A DNA stretch of 64,000 nucleotides from Spirulina sp. GTDB lineage: Bacteria > Cyanobacteriota > Cyanobacteriia > Phormidesmidales > Phormidesmidaceae. Position 1 is the stretch's first letter; every line of letters starts with the position of its first letter. The notes below the pieces were generated by a model. That model searched no databases. It worked only from the letters and a program-made list of their open reading frames with translations, and was not told where the DNA came from. The stretch covers positions 32,001 through 96,000 of the forward strand of contig JBIPSI010000011.1 in NCBI GenBank assembly GCA_044070495.1, read 5' to 3'. Position numbers and translations under genes: made by a program. Shown here in pieces: positions 1 through 9,668 of the stretch.

Positions 1-495
1 AATCCGGTGCTGGCGGGGCTAGAAACCGACGACACCCACGTCCACGCCCACTACGATGCCGAGAGCTACTACCGCATCGACAAAATTTGGTCGGCCTCCC
101 AGTTGCTGATTCCTGCCCTACGCAAGCTGCACCCCGAACCCCTGGACGTGTACTACTACTATCCCCACTGGCGATCCACCCTAGGGGAAGACTTCGTGAT
201 TTACTGCCTGTTTGGCCCCATCAGCGAGACCCACACCCGCGCCTACCTGCTGCATTTCACCTCCCTAGGGCGCTTCCCCAAGCTGCACAAGACCCCGGTA
301 GCCGTGCGGCGGTTCTTCAAAAACGCCTTCACCAACTCGGCTAGCTTCGTGCTGCGGCGACTGGTGCGCGAAGATGTGCTGATGCTGGAGCAAGAGCAGC
401 AAGCCTTTGACCAAAACCCCACCTACAAAGGCCCCGAACTGAACCGCACCCTAACGGCGGTGCAGCAGCTCATTCGTCGGCAGGCGGGGGGCTGA
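1..495 (+). CDS. C-terminal part of a Rieske non-heme iron oxygenase alpha subunit (VanA_C-like), 5' end outside window; possibly CruH-like
   Basis: Open frame from the window edge; 'YCLFGPISETHTRAY...LVREDVLMLEQEQ' resembles the C-terminal catalytic domain with the iron-ligand Asp. Confidence 0.65.
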   Translation, partial: NPVLAGLETDDTHVHAHYDAESYYRIDKIWSASQLLIPALRKLHPEPLDVYYYYPHWRSTLGEDFVIYCLFGPISETHTRAYLLHFTSLGRFPKLHKTPVAVRRFFKNAFTNSASFVLRRLVREDVLMLEQEQQAFDQNPTYKGPELNRTLTAVQQLIRRQAGG

Positions 496-508
496 GAGGG
501 CGGCAGTT

Positions 509-617
509 GATCCCCCCTAGCCCCCCTTGTGAAGGGGGGAACTGGATTCAAAGTCCTCCTTAAACAGTGGGGGATCGGTTTCAAAGTCCCCCTTCCCAGG
601 GGAGATTTAGGGGGATC
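509..617. repeat. Cyanobacterial palindromic dispersed repeat (GATCCCCCCTAG...TTAGGGGGATC) with internal hairpins
   Basis: Terminal inverted repeat, CCCCCTT..AAGGGGG hairpins and a duplicated TTCAAAGTCC; directly after a stop codon. Confidence 0.8.
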
Positions 618-778
618 TCCCAGGACTTGCGACACGACAACAAGATGCGTATCAGCCGCAGATCCAAGGGAGAGGACTTGGGGTATGGCTTACCTCCCGT
701 CAGGATAGGCTAGGGGAGCCTGAAACCCCTGGTTAAGGGTAGTCTTAGTAAAGCATTGGCATCACCGAGGCATGATCC

Positions 779-1753
779 ATGGTTGGCGTACAGCAACCCA
801 CCTCCAATAGTTTTAAGAAACTCCAGGGCTTCTTGCGGGCCAGGGTGGGCCAAGCCATCCGCGATTACCGCATGATCGAAGCGGGCGACCGGGTAATGGT
901 GTGCCTCTCCGGCGGTAAAGATTCCCACACCATGCTGGATATTTTGCGCCACCTCCAGCGCAGTGCGCCGATTCATTTTGATCTGATTGCCGTTAACCTC
1001 GATCAAAAGCAGCCCGGATTTCCGGCCCATGTGCTGCCGGAATATTTCGAGGCCATCGGCGTACCCTACCGGATTGTGGAGCAAGACACCTACAGCACCG
1101 TGAAGCGGGTGATCCCCGAAGGCAAAACCATGTGCGGTCTCTGTTCGCGGCTGCGGCGGGGCATTCTCTACCGGGTTGCCGCCGAGGAAGGGGCCACCAA
1201 AATTGCCCTCGGCCACCACCGGGACGACCTGATCGAAACCCTGTTTCTGAATATGTTCCACGGCGGCACCCTCAAGGCCATGCCGCCTAAATTGCTCACC
1301 GATGATCGCCGCCACATCGTCATTCGGCCCTTGGCCTACTGCCCTGAAAAAGACATTGCCCGCTATGCCCGCTATCGTCAGTTCCCGATCATTCCCTGCA
1401 CCCTCTGCGGTTCCCAGGCCAACCTGCAACGGGCACAGATCAAACAGATGATCCAAGACTGGGAGAGACAATGGCCAGGGCGCACCGAGAGCCTGTTTCG
1501 CAGTTTGCAGAACGTGGCCCCGTCTCAACTGGCGGATCCCAATTTGTTTGATTTCCAAGGGTTAGAGGAACGCCGCCGCCCCTCCGGTGAGGAATCCCTG
1601 GATGATTCGAGTTACGAATCGGCCCTGGAGGACGAGTTTAACCCCACCGCCCACTTGGCCATTGAACCCCCAGTCCTTGGCGGCCCCAATTCTGAATACC
1701 CAGGCCCCGAAAACCCTGGGTTAATCGATGCGCTGGTGGGCCCCAGATCCTAA
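779..1753 (+). CDS. ttcA: tRNA 2-thiocytidine(32) synthetase TtcA
   Basis: PP-loop SGGKDS, CGLC and CTLC motifs, [14 protein letters not shown]. Confidence 0.95.
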   Translation: MVGVQQPTSNSFKKLQGFLRARVGQAIRDYRMIEAGDRVMVCLSGGKDSHTMLDILRHLQRSAPIHFDLIAVNLDQKQPGFPAHVLPEYFEAIGVPYRIVEQDTYSTVKRVIPEGKTMCGLCSRLRRGILYRVAAEEGATKIALGHHRDDLIETLFLNMFHGGTLKAMPPKLLTDDRRHIVIRPLAYCPEKDIARYARYRQFPIIPCTLCGSQANLQRAQIKQMIQDWERQWPGRTESLFRSLQNVAPSQLADPNLFDFQGLEERRRPSGEESLDDSSYESALEDEFNPTAHLAIEPPVLGGPNSEYPGPENPGLIDALVGPRS

Positions 1754-1776
1754 TCACCATGAGAGCCTAAGCAACC

Positions 1777-2667
1777 ATGAGGATTCGTTCCCGCCGTTCT
1801 TCGACCCCACGCATCATTGGCCGCGATGGTGAAGAAGCCCCCGTGGTCTTGCGCCTGGGGGAACAGCCCACCCCCTGGCGCGACCTATACCATCGGCTGC
1901 TAACCCTATCGTGGCCGGGGTTCGTGATAGCCCTAGCGGGAACCTACTTTGCCATCAATGCCCTCTTTGCCTGGGCCTATTGGGTCAAGCCCGAAGCCAT
2001 CGCCAATGCCCGCCCCGGATCATTTTTGGATGCTCTGGCCTTTAGTGTGCAAACCATGGCCTCCATTGGCTATGGGGCGATGTATCCCCAAACCAACTAT
2101 GCTCACCTGTTGGTGATGGCCCAGGCCTTTGTGGGGTTGATGCTGTTGGCGATGGCCACCGGGCTTTGCTTTGCTCGGTTTGCCCTGCCCACGGCACGGA
2201 TTATCTTCAGCCACTATGCGGTGATCAGCCCCTTTAACGGGGTGCCCACCCTCATGTTTCGGGCTGCCAACCAGCGCCGCAACCGCATCCTCGAAGGGCG
2301 ACTGTGGGTGACGCTGGTGCGGGATGAAACCACCGCCGAGGGCGAGTTTTTCCGTCGGTTTTACGATCTGCCCATGGTGCGCGCCCAAACTCCGCTGTTT
2401 GCCCTAAGCTGGACGGCGATGCATACCCTAGATGCCCACAGCCCCCTCTACGGCGAAACCCCAGAATCCCTGACCGCCGCCAATGTAGAAATCATTGTCA
2501 TCCTCACGGGAATCGACGAAACCCTCTCCCAAACCATCCACGCCCGCCATTCCTTCATTGCCGACGAAATTCTTTGGGACTACCAATTCATCGATATTTT
2601 GGGCCAGACCGCCTCAGGCCAGCGCACCATCGATTTCCAAAAATTCCACCAAGTCAAACCGCTCTAA
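1777..2667 (+). CDS. Inward-rectifier potassium channel (KirBac-like)
   Basis: Two TM helices, FSVQTMASIGYG pore/filter, ARF..P..RIIFS, cytoplasmic IRK domain. Confidence 0.92.
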   Translation: MRIRSRRSSTPRIIGRDGEEAPVVLRLGEQPTPWRDLYHRLLTLSWPGFVIALAGTYFAINALFAWAYWVKPEAIANARPGSFLDALAFSVQTMASIGYGAMYPQTNYAHLLVMAQAFVGLMLLAMATGLCFARFALPTARIIFSHYAVISPFNGVPTLMFRAANQRRNRILEGRLWVTLVRDETTAEGEFFRRFYDLPMVRAQTPLFALSWTAMHTLDAHSPLYGETPESLTAANVEIIVILTGIDETLSQTIHARHSFIADEILWDYQFIDILGQTASGQRTIDFQKFHQVKPL

Positions 2668-2709
2668 GCCCAATTCTCCATGCCGTTAGCGCAACACCCC
2701 TATCAACAT

Positions 2710-3024
2710 CTAGGCATCATCGTCGGTTTTGCCAATGGGTTGAAGAATCAACGAATGATGGAGGGAGCCTGTAACCCCGTCGAACTCAGATCTTGAATGG
2801 GTACATCCAAAGGCCAGGGAGAATGGGTAGCGGTGGTAATCATCGTCATTCTGCTGTACGGTTCCTGCTAGGGAGTGGCGACCTTGCGCTAGCCAAGGTC
2901 GTTGATCCTCTTGCGGTTGCTCAAGAATGATGATTTCTACCGTATCGCCAGCGTGAAAAGGTAACCCTTTCAGCACTAAGGTGCCGTCTTCCATAAACGT
3001 TGCGGCTACTTTGTGGGCATTCAT
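2710..3024 (-). CDS. Small antitoxin-like protein (cyanobacterial 'EDGTLVLxGLPFxAGDTVEIII' family) with an aberrant C-terminus
   Basis: N-terminal motif resembles antitoxin partners of PIN toxins; 3' part overlaps an out-of-frame toxin fragment. Confidence 0.5.
   Translation of the reverse strand: MNAHKVAATFMEDGTLVLKGLPFHAGDTVEIIILEQPQEDQRPWLAQGRHSLAGTVQQNDDDYHRYPFSLAFGCTHSRSEFDGVTGSLHHSLILQPIGKTDDDA
2748..2849 (-). pseudogene. Internal fragment of a PemK/MazF-family toxin
   Basis: Alternative frame reads MTMITTATHSPWPLDVPIQDLSSTGLQAPSIIR*, resembling the central part of PemK-like toxins. Confidence 0.55.
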
Positions 3025-3107
3025 GGATCAACTCCATCGCGACGGCTGTCGTTGCAATCCACCCATGGGGGATATAGACATTAGTACCTTATGGCCTGAC
3101 GGATCCC

Positions 3108-5063
3108 CTAAATCTTCAGCACCCCCTCTGGATTAACAGTCAGGATAGGCCGACGTTTAGCTCCTTCCCGCTGGAGGATGGCGTTGGCGGCCAGGAGTCC
3201 ACTGCTAACCGCCCGTTCCATGAGGCCACAGGGGAAGGGCATCCGCACCCAGTCGCCCGCAAACAGCAGGTTGTTGGCGGCGGTGGTGGTTTGGGGACGG
3301 TTGGCAAAGCTCCCCGGCGGGAATCCGGCGAAGTTCTTTTGGTTCACCAGTTGCCGATGCAGGACGGTGGCCCCTTTCAGTTCGGGCACAATTTCGTAGA
3401 GTTCGGCCTCAAAGGTGTTGAGAATATCCGCCTGGGTGGGGAATTCTTTCTCCTTATAGCAGTAGGCATGGAGTTCCACCACGCTGCCCCCGGTGCGGTC
3501 GGCCCAATTGATGTAGTCTTCCTGGATGCGGTGGTAGAGGGTGATGCTGTCGGTGAGGCGATAGCCGGAGAGGGAGGTGAACCAGCTATGCTCCCAGTCG
3601 AAGTCGCGGTCGAACCAGAAGCGCCCCACGGCAAAGGGATCGGCTACCTGGAGTTCCTCCACCTGCTGGGCCAAGGTGGGTTCCACAGGGCCTTCGGCTA
3701 GGTTAAAGAGAGCCTTGATGCCGGGAATATCCGCCGCCATGATGTAGTAGTCGGCGGTGAGGTCGTGGCTGGGGTTGCCGCCGGATTCGGCGTTGGCGGC
3801 GATCAGTTGCAGGCGATCCCCCTCCCGTTGCAGCACCGTAAACACCGCGAGGTTTTCCTGGGCGGGGCCTGCCAACACTCGACCATCGCTGGCGTAGGCG
3901 GCTCCGTGGCAGGGGCAGAGGTAGCCGTCGGTGGTGGTATCTACTTGGCGCTGCACGCTACAGCCCTGGTGGGTGCAGGTGAGGGAGAGGGCGGTGGTGG
4001 CCCCCGGTGCCAGGGAATAGACCTGATCCCCAGCGCCGAAGTATTCCAGGGTGTCGTTACTGAGCAGGGGGTTGCGCTCCACCCAGAAAGGCACGAGATT
4101 GGTGGCGACGCTGCCCTCTTGGTAGGAAATTCCGGCGATTTTGCCCTCGTCCCAGCGCACCTGGTTGACGGTAACGCCCGTGAGCACTTCGCCGCCGTTG
4201 GCCTTGATCGCCTCCACCATGGGATCCACCAAAGAACGGCCCATGTCTTGGCAGGTGCCGTTGAAGGCCAGTCCTTCCGGGTTGCCAAAGAAGTAAAAGT
4301 GGAAGAACTGCATCAGTTCCCCGGCGCTAAGTACGTCCGGCGCGTTCAGGCTGGACTTGGCAAAGGGCAAAAAGTAGAGGTCGTACAGCCCCTTGGGGAA
4401 GTCGTTGCCGACCCATTCTGCCATCGAAAGATGATCGAGGCGCTGGTAGCTCTGGGGGTTGCGGAAGCCCGTAATTTCTCGAAACACCTCCAGGTGCTTC
4501 ATATGGGTGAGGTTAATGCCCCACTTCAGCCGATTGGAGGAGGAAATCGCCAGATCCACAATATTCCAAGGAAAGGCGGAGTTGCTAGGCCGGAATACCT
4601 CCGGCGCGTAGCCCTCTTTATAGACCAGGGAGTAGTAGTCCAGGGATTTAAAGTTCTGGCGAATGTTCAGCTCGTTGACCAGGTTAAACAGGTTGTAGTA
4701 CTGCGGGAAAAAGCCGTGGAAGCCGTGCTCCATCATGAAGTGGTCGTCGCCCACTTGGATCGGCCAGCTGGCAATTTTGCCGCCCAACTGGGGAGACCGT
4801 TCGATCAGCGTGACTGCCACGCCGCGCTGGCTGAGTTCATAGGCCGTCGCTAGCCCGGCCAAGCCGCCACCAATCACCACGGCCTTTAGATCCCGTCCCA
4901 CCTGAATCGGTAGTTCCAGCCGATCCTGCTGAAACACAGTGGGTTGTGGCTTGGTCAAGCGAGAATAGCTCAGCAGCGCCGCAATACCCCCCACTCCAAA
5001 GAGTTTGAGAACGTTACGACGGGCGAGGGTTTGGGCAAACAGCCCCTCTAGGGATTCACTCAT
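3108..5063 (-). CDS. cruE: Carotenoid aromatic-ring synthase CruE/CrtU-like FAD oxidoreductase with embedded Rieske domain
   Basis: GGGLAG Rossmann motif, MEHGFHGFFPQYYN, Rieske CTHQGC...CPCHG, FAGDWV..GLMERAV; likely start ATG 5063. Confidence 0.75.
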   Translation of the reverse strand: MSESLEGLFAQTLARRNVLKLFGVGGIAALLSYSRLTKPQPTVFQQDRLELPIQVGRDLKAVVIGGGLAGLATAYELSQRGVAVTLIERSPQLGGKIASWPIQVGDDHFMMEHGFHGFFPQYYNLFNLVNELNIRQNFKSLDYYSLVYKEGYAPEVFRPSNSAFPWNIVDLAISSSNRLKWGINLTHMKHLEVFREITGFRNPQSYQRLDHLSMAEWVGNDFPKGLYDLYFLPFAKSSLNAPDVLSAGELMQFFHFYFFGNPEGLAFNGTCQDMGRSLVDPMVEAIKANGGEVLTGVTVNQVRWDEGKIAGISYQEGSVATNLVPFWVERNPLLSNDTLEYFGAGDQVYSLAPGATTALSLTCTHQGCSVQRQVDTTTDGYLCPCHGAAYASDGRVLAGPAQENLAVFTVLQREGDRLQLIAANAESGGNPSHDLTADYYIMAADIPGIKALFNLAEGPVEPTLAQQVEELQVADPFAVGRFWFDRDFDWEHSWFTSLSGYRLTDSITLYHRIQEDYINWADRTGGSVVELHAYCYKEKEFPTQADILNTFEAELYEIVPELKGATVLHRQLVNQKNFAGFPPGSFANRPQTTTAANNLLFAGDWVRMPFPCGLMERAVSSGLLAANAILQREGAKRRPILTVNPEGVLKI

Positions 5064-5134
5064 TAGACGTGTGCTTTTGCTTACATCAAACTCAGCCCCC
5101 AGGAGAAGCCCCTGCGAGGTGTGTGGGGAGTGGG

Positions 5135-5191
5135 ATTTCGCAAACGGTATCGCGCAAACGACATTTCGCAAACGGAACTTCGGCAAACGGT
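5135..5191. repeat. Four degenerate 14-15 bp tandem repeats (core GCAAACG)
   Basis: atttcgcaaacggt/atcgcgcaaacgac/atttcgcaaacgga/acttcggcaaacggt. Confidence 0.8.
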
Positions 5192-5311
5192 ATCACGACC
5201 CCCCCGACCAGAGGAGCGGGAGTGGACACTTCCGGCCAGAGAAGTGACGGCCCCGGTGAAACCTCTTAAGAATGTAGTATTAAGTTGCCTTTACAGTCTA
5301 CAGAATTCCTG

Positions 5312-6085
5312 ATGAAATACCTGCGAGAGACCTTGGCCGTGGCTCAGCGCATTTTGACCGAGCTGTGGTGCCGCAAGCGCAGCCTGATTTTCTGGGCGAT
5401 TTTCCCAGTGCTGCTGCTGATCCTCAACAGCCTAATCTTGCAGGAACGGATTCAAATTCCCCTGGCGGAGGCCTATACCCTGGCGGCCCCCTCTACCCTG
5501 GTGGGGGCGGCGCTGTTTTTCAGCGGTCTGGGGGGCAGCTTGGCGACGGTGGTCTCGGAGCGGGAGCAGCACACCCTCAAGCGGCTGTTTCTGTCGCCCC
5601 TCAGCGGGGTGTCTTATTTCCTAGGCATTTGTGTGGCCTTTGGGGTCATTGGCCTAGGGCAAGCGGTGCTGATGTACGGCATTGCCTTCTCCCAGGGGGC
5701 CACCTTCGAGGGTTCCATCGCCGCTGGGCTGCTGATTGTGATGCTAAGTATGGCTGCCTACGTGGGGGTGGGGTTTGTGTTGGGCACCCAACTGGCCCGC
5801 CGCACCGAGGATGTCAACTCCCTGGTGGCCGCCTTTGGCATCCCGCTGATGATCCTGGGCGGAGCCTTCATGCCCACGGATTTTTTCCCCGATTCACTGA
5901 TCAACCTCACCCGCTTTAACCCGATTTTTCACATGATTGAGGCCATGGTGGGCATTGCCGCCGAGGGTAGCGCCCTGGCCGAGGTGGGCGAACATGTTTG
6001 GTTTTTAGGAATTTTTGCCGTGGCCATGGTGGGTACGGGTTGGCTCTCTTACCAGCGCATGGTGCAGGTAGAACGGCAGCTTTAG
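5312..6085 (+). CDS. ABC-2 type transporter permease
   Basis: Six hydrophobic segments, EREQHTLKRLFLSP, LGGAFMP...NPIFHMIE. Confidence 0.9.
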   Translation: MKYLRETLAVAQRILTELWCRKRSLIFWAIFPVLLLILNSLILQERIQIPLAEAYTLAAPSTLVGAALFFSGLGGSLATVVSEREQHTLKRLFLSPLSGVSYFLGICVAFGVIGLGQAVLMYGIAFSQGATFEGSIAAGLLIVMLSMAAYVGVGFVLGTQLARRTEDVNSLVAAFGIPLMILGGAFMPTDFFPDSLINLTRFNPIFHMIEAMVGIAAEGSALAEVGEHVWFLGIFAVAMVGTGWLSYQRMVQVERQL

Positions 6086-6124
6086 GGGCCAGGTGCCCAG
6101 GCGTTACGGTGGGATCATAGGGGC

Positions 6125-6147
6125 GGGCGAGGAGACCTTACCCCTAC
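6125..6147 (-). repeat. GTAG-type REP (GTAGGGGyrAGGTCTCCTCGCCC family)
   Basis: Reverse complement of the copies at 59783 and 59906. Confidence 0.75.
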
Positions 6148-6263
6148 GGGACTTCTCTTCATCGGCCACCTCCTCCATTGCGAAAGCAGCGAACCTTGCG
6201 AATTGCGCCATCCTTTCTGTTGTTTGCTAGAGTGGCAGGGCAAAATTCCGTTCTGGCTGGGCT

Positions 6264-8057
6264 ATGGTGTTTCAGAGGTTGAAGGCAAAGCCGTCCTTGG
6301 TTATCGCCGCCGGGGCTGCCCTGGTGATTGGGGGCGGAGCCCTGGCTCTTTGGGGGGTGGGTCGCCGCAGTGGGTTGCCCCAGGGGTTGCCAGCGGGGGT
6401 CAATGCCATCCCCGCTGAGGCGGTGATGGTGGTGTCCCTTTCCACCGATGAAGGCCAGTGGCGACGGCTGCGGCAGTTTGGCACCCCCGAAACCCAGGCC
6501 CAGTTTGACCAAGCCCTGGTGGAATGGCGGGATCGCCTCTTAACTGAGGCGGGTCTAAATTTTGGTACCGATGTCAAACCCTGGGTCGGCTCAGACATTA
6601 CCCTGGCGGTGTTGCCCTCCGATCAGCCTGGGGCCTCTCCCCTCAACGATCCGGCGGGGGCGCTGGGGTCGAATGTGGTGATTGCCCTGCCGATTAGTAA
6701 CGTGGGTCAGGCCCAGCAGGGGTTAGGCAACCGTCTGGTGCAGGCGGAGGGCATCGGCGATAACCCCTATCGAGGCATTTCCATTCAGCAGATTGAAGGG
6801 GCCGAAGGCGCACCGATCTACGGAGCCGTGCTGACCCCGAATCTGGCCCTCGTCAGCGCCCAGGTGGGGCTACTGAAGCAATCCATCGACGCCTTTCGGG
6901 ACAACCAATCGGTGGTAGAACGGCCTGGATTTACCAAGGCTTTCGAGCAGGTGGAACCATCCCGTGCCCTGGCCCGCCTCTATGTGGATGTCCCGGCGGC
7001 GGTGCAAACCCTCGCCAACACCGCCGACCCCGCCATTCCCGCCAGTCGCCTAGAGGCACTGCGTAACCCTAGAGCCTTGGTGGCGGCGGTGGTGATCGAA
7101 AATCAAGGGCTTGCCATCCAGGCGATTAGCTGGCTCGATCAGGGGCCGCTGGTCTTTGATACCAGCAACCAGGCGGATCAAATGCCCCAGCGCCTTCCCG
7201 CCAACACCCTGATCATGCTCTCCACCGGCAACTTTCAGCAGTTTTGGGAAGACTTCAAGGCGGGGCAACAACTGTCGGCGGCGTTTCCCCTACGGCCTGA
7301 GGAAATTGCCCTGGGGATGCAGTCCACCACCGGCCTGGTGCTAGAGGAAGATCTCCTGCCCTGGATGGGCGGCGAGATGGCCCTGGGCATCTTGGCTCCC
7401 CCCGCCCCCGGTGACGCGGAGGAGGAGGCCCAACCCCTGCCCAACCCAGCCCTGGTGATGATGGTAAAGGCCAGTGACCGAGAAGCCGCCACCGCCACCC
7501 TAGATCGCTTGGATGCGGTGATGGCCGACCGCTACCGTTTCCAGGTGGAGAAGGTGGATCAGGACGGTGTGGCGATCACCCAGTGGGTGGCCCCCTTCAA
7601 TTCCCTCACCCTAGCCCACGGCTGGTTAGAGGGAGATGTGGTGTTTCTCACCGCCGGACAGGGCGTAACCGACCTGATTGTGCCCCGCCCCAGCCGCACC
7701 CTGGCCGCCTCCCCTGCCTTTCAGTCCGCCACAGGTAAGGCTCCTCGGCCCAACAATGGCCACTTTTTTATCAACCTCAAGGACATGCTGACGGTTGAGG
7801 ACAGCCTGCTGCTGCCCCCCGTGCCCACCGAGGGCCTAATTAGCGCCGCTGCCCTAGAGAGCATTGGCGTTACCGCCACGGTGCTCAGTGATCGCCAGGT
7901 GCGCTACGACATCATGGCCACCCTTCAACGGGGCAACCGCCCAGGGCCACTCCCTGCCCCTGAGGGAGAAGCCCCCGCCGACACAGAATCCGAAGCCACC
8001 CCCGATCCCGGTACCGATCCCGGTACCGATCCCGGAGCCACCCCGGAAACGCCGTGA
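6264..8057 (+). CDS. DUF3352-like membrane-anchored protein
   Basis: N-terminal TM helix, 'W.RLRQFGTPETQA', 'DVKPWVG', 'DLLPWMGGE'; C-terminal 12-bp repeats (PDPGT). Confidence 0.8.
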   Translation: MVFQRLKAKPSLVIAAGAALVIGGGALALWGVGRRSGLPQGLPAGVNAIPAEAVMVVSLSTDEGQWRRLRQFGTPETQAQFDQALVEWRDRLLTEAGLNFGTDVKPWVGSDITLAVLPSDQPGASPLNDPAGALGSNVVIALPISNVGQAQQGLGNRLVQAEGIGDNPYRGISIQQIEGAEGAPIYGAVLTPNLALVSAQVGLLKQSIDAFRDNQSVVERPGFTKAFEQVEPSRALARLYVDVPAAVQTLANTADPAIPASRLEALRNPRALVAAVVIENQGLAIQAISWLDQGPLVFDTSNQADQMPQRLPANTLIMLSTGNFQQFWEDFKAGQQLSAAFPLRPEEIALGMQSTTGLVLEEDLLPWMGGEMALGILAPPAPGDAEEEAQPLPNPALVMMVKASDREAATATLDRLDAVMADRYRFQVEKVDQDGVAITQWVAPFNSLTLAHGWLEGDVVFLTAGQGVTDLIVPRPSRTLAASPAFQSATGKAPRPNNGHFFINLKDMLTVEDSLLLPPVPTEGLISAAALESIGVTATVLSDRQVRYDIMATLQRGNRPGPLPAPEGEAPADTESEATPDPGTDPGTDPGATPETP

Positions 8058-8108
8058 GGTGGGCAAAAGTCGCTAGGATAAAGCTAGACCCTTCGTTCAA
8101 GAATTGCT

Positions 8109-9116
8109 ATGGATTTGATCGCGCTCCAGGGCTGGCTGGACAATGCCTCCTTTGCGGTGCTATTTGCCACCATGTTGCTTTACTGGTGTGGGGTGGCCTT
8201 TCCCAAGGTCAGCCTGCTCCCCAGCCTCGGCACCGCTGGCATGGCCGTGGCCAACCTCACCATGGCGGCCCTACTCATCGCCCGCTGGATCGAAGCGGGC
8301 TATTTTCCGATGAGCAACCTCTACGAGTCGCTGTTTGCCCTAGCCTGGGGCATCACCACCATGCACCTGATCGCCGAGCGCATGAGTCGCAGCAGCTTGG
8401 TCGGGGCCATCACCGCCCCCATCGCCATGGCCATCGCCGCCTTTGCCGCCCTCTCCCTGCCGGATAGTATGCAGGGTTCCGAGCCCCTGGTGCCCGCCCT
8501 CAAATCCAACTGGCTGATGATGCACGTCAGCGTCATGCTGATTAGCTATGCCGCCCTGCTGGTAGGGTCTTTGCTCGCGATTGCCTTTTTAATCGTCACC
8601 CGTGGCCAAGCGGTGGAACTCAAGGGGAGTTCCGTGGGTACGGGCGGTTTTCGCAACCTGAAGCTCCAGCGGGCTAGCCAACCCGTCCCGGCCAGTGCCG
8701 ACTCCGGTGAAGTCGTACTTGGCAGCGGCGGCACAGCGGTGATCGAAAAGCCTGCGGTACGGGCCAGCCAGACCGTCCAACTCTCGCCCCAACGCCTCAC
8801 CCTAGCGGACACCCTCGACAACATCAGCTACCGCATTATTGGCCTAGGGTTCCCCCTGCTCACCATCGGCATCATTGCCGGGGCCGTGTGGGCCAACGAA
8901 GCCTGGGGTTCCTACTGGAGCTGGGATCCTAAAGAGACCTGGGCGCTAATTACCTGGCTGGTCTTCGCCGCCTACCTCCATGCCCGTATTACCAAGGGTT
9001 GGCAGGGCCGCCGACCGGCGATTCTCGCCGCCACGGGGTTCGCCGTGGTCTGGGTGTGCTACCTGGGGGTGAATATCCTCGGCAAAGGGCTGCACAGCTA
9101 CGGCTGGTTTTTCTAG
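8109..9116 (+). CDS. ccsA: Cytochrome c biogenesis protein CcsA (system II)
   Basis: [32 protein letters not shown] (WWD domain), GLHSYG. Confidence 0.97.
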   Translation: MDLIALQGWLDNASFAVLFATMLLYWCGVAFPKVSLLPSLGTAGMAVANLTMAALLIARWIEAGYFPMSNLYESLFALAWGITTMHLIAERMSRSSLVGAITAPIAMAIAAFAALSLPDSMQGSEPLVPALKSNWLMMHVSVMLISYAALLVGSLLAIAFLIVTRGQAVELKGSSVGTGGFRNLKLQRASQPVPASADSGEVVLGSGGTAVIEKPAVRASQTVQLSPQRLTLADTLDNISYRIIGLGFPLLTIGIIAGAVWANEAWGSYWSWDPKETWALITWLVFAAYLHARITKGWQGRRPAILAATGFAVVWVCYLGVNILGKGLHSYGWFF

Positions 9117-9279
9117 GGGCCTTCAAAATGCCCGATACAAGCCTGTGACGGGGCTTTCCTGTCGGCAAACTGAATTCAAGCCCAGTGAGACATCAAGGGC
9201 CACGGTACAGATTGGTACCGTGGTTCTTCACCGTATTGGCAGGCACCGACTCCCGCGATGGGATTAGGAACCTAAATCA

Positions 9280-9476
9280 ACCTGAGTTCGGGATAAGCCA
9301 AAGGCTTCCATCGCTAGCAACCCGCTTTTGGCAACGACGTTGGCCCTCACCCTAAATCCCTCTCCCCGTGGGAGAGGGACTTTGAAACTCTAGCTCCCCC
9401 TCTCCCACGGGGAGAGGGGGCTGGGGGGTGAGGTTTTCCGAGGCATCGGGCCACTGAGCTTAACCCGAACTGAGGT
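9280..9476. mobile_element. MITE (about 197 bp) with terminal inverted repeats and a 7-bp target duplication TAAATCA, carrying a palindromic repeat core
   Basis: Left ACCTGAGTTCGGGATAAG versus right CTTAACCCGAACTGAGGT (16/18 inverted match); TAAATCA at 9273-9279 and 9477-9483. Confidence 0.85.
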
Positions 9477-9640
9477 TAAATCAGGTTGAGAAAATGCAGC
9501 ACCCCTTGGCCGCTCAACCCTTCAATGATGATGGAGAGGGCAAAACCCAGCATCGCTAGGCGACCATTGAGATTCTCGGCATCGCGGGTGAAGCCCCAGA
9601 TGGTGGGCTCAACCTGGGAGGTCTTCGATAGGGAGTCCAT
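9476..9640 (-). CDS. hli: High-light-inducible protein (Hli/SCP, one-helix CAB family), 54 aa; absent from the ORF track
   Basis: [54 protein letters not shown]; ExxNGRLAM motif; AGGAG RBS. Confidence 0.93.
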   Translation of the reverse strand: MDSLSKTSQVEPTIWGFTRDAENLNGRLAMLGFALSIIIEGLSGQGVLHFLNLI

Positions 9641-9650
9641 GGCTTCTCCT

Positions 9651-9668
9651 TTTGTAACGCTTTGTTAA
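9651..9668 (-). promoter_or_regulatory. HLR1 (RpaB-binding) element upstream of hli
   Basis: Minus strand TTAACAAA-GC-GTTACAAA versus consensus (G/T)TTACA(T/A)(T/A)-N2-repeat. Confidence 0.75.

Noticed and set aside
710..1558. Long antisense or alternative-frame ORFs (also 3765-4853, 29970-30764, 53305-54015 and many others)
   Set aside because: Shadow ORFs overlapping well-supported GC-rich genes
2779..2793. MITE TIR-like GTCGAACTCAGAT
   Set aside because: Better explained as coding sequence of the PemK-like fragment; no matching subterminal sequence
5135..5191. Mini-CRISPR interpretation of the short repeat arrays (also 29053 and 56858)
   Set aside because: Units are 14-17 bp and contiguous with no unique spacers, and no cas genes are present
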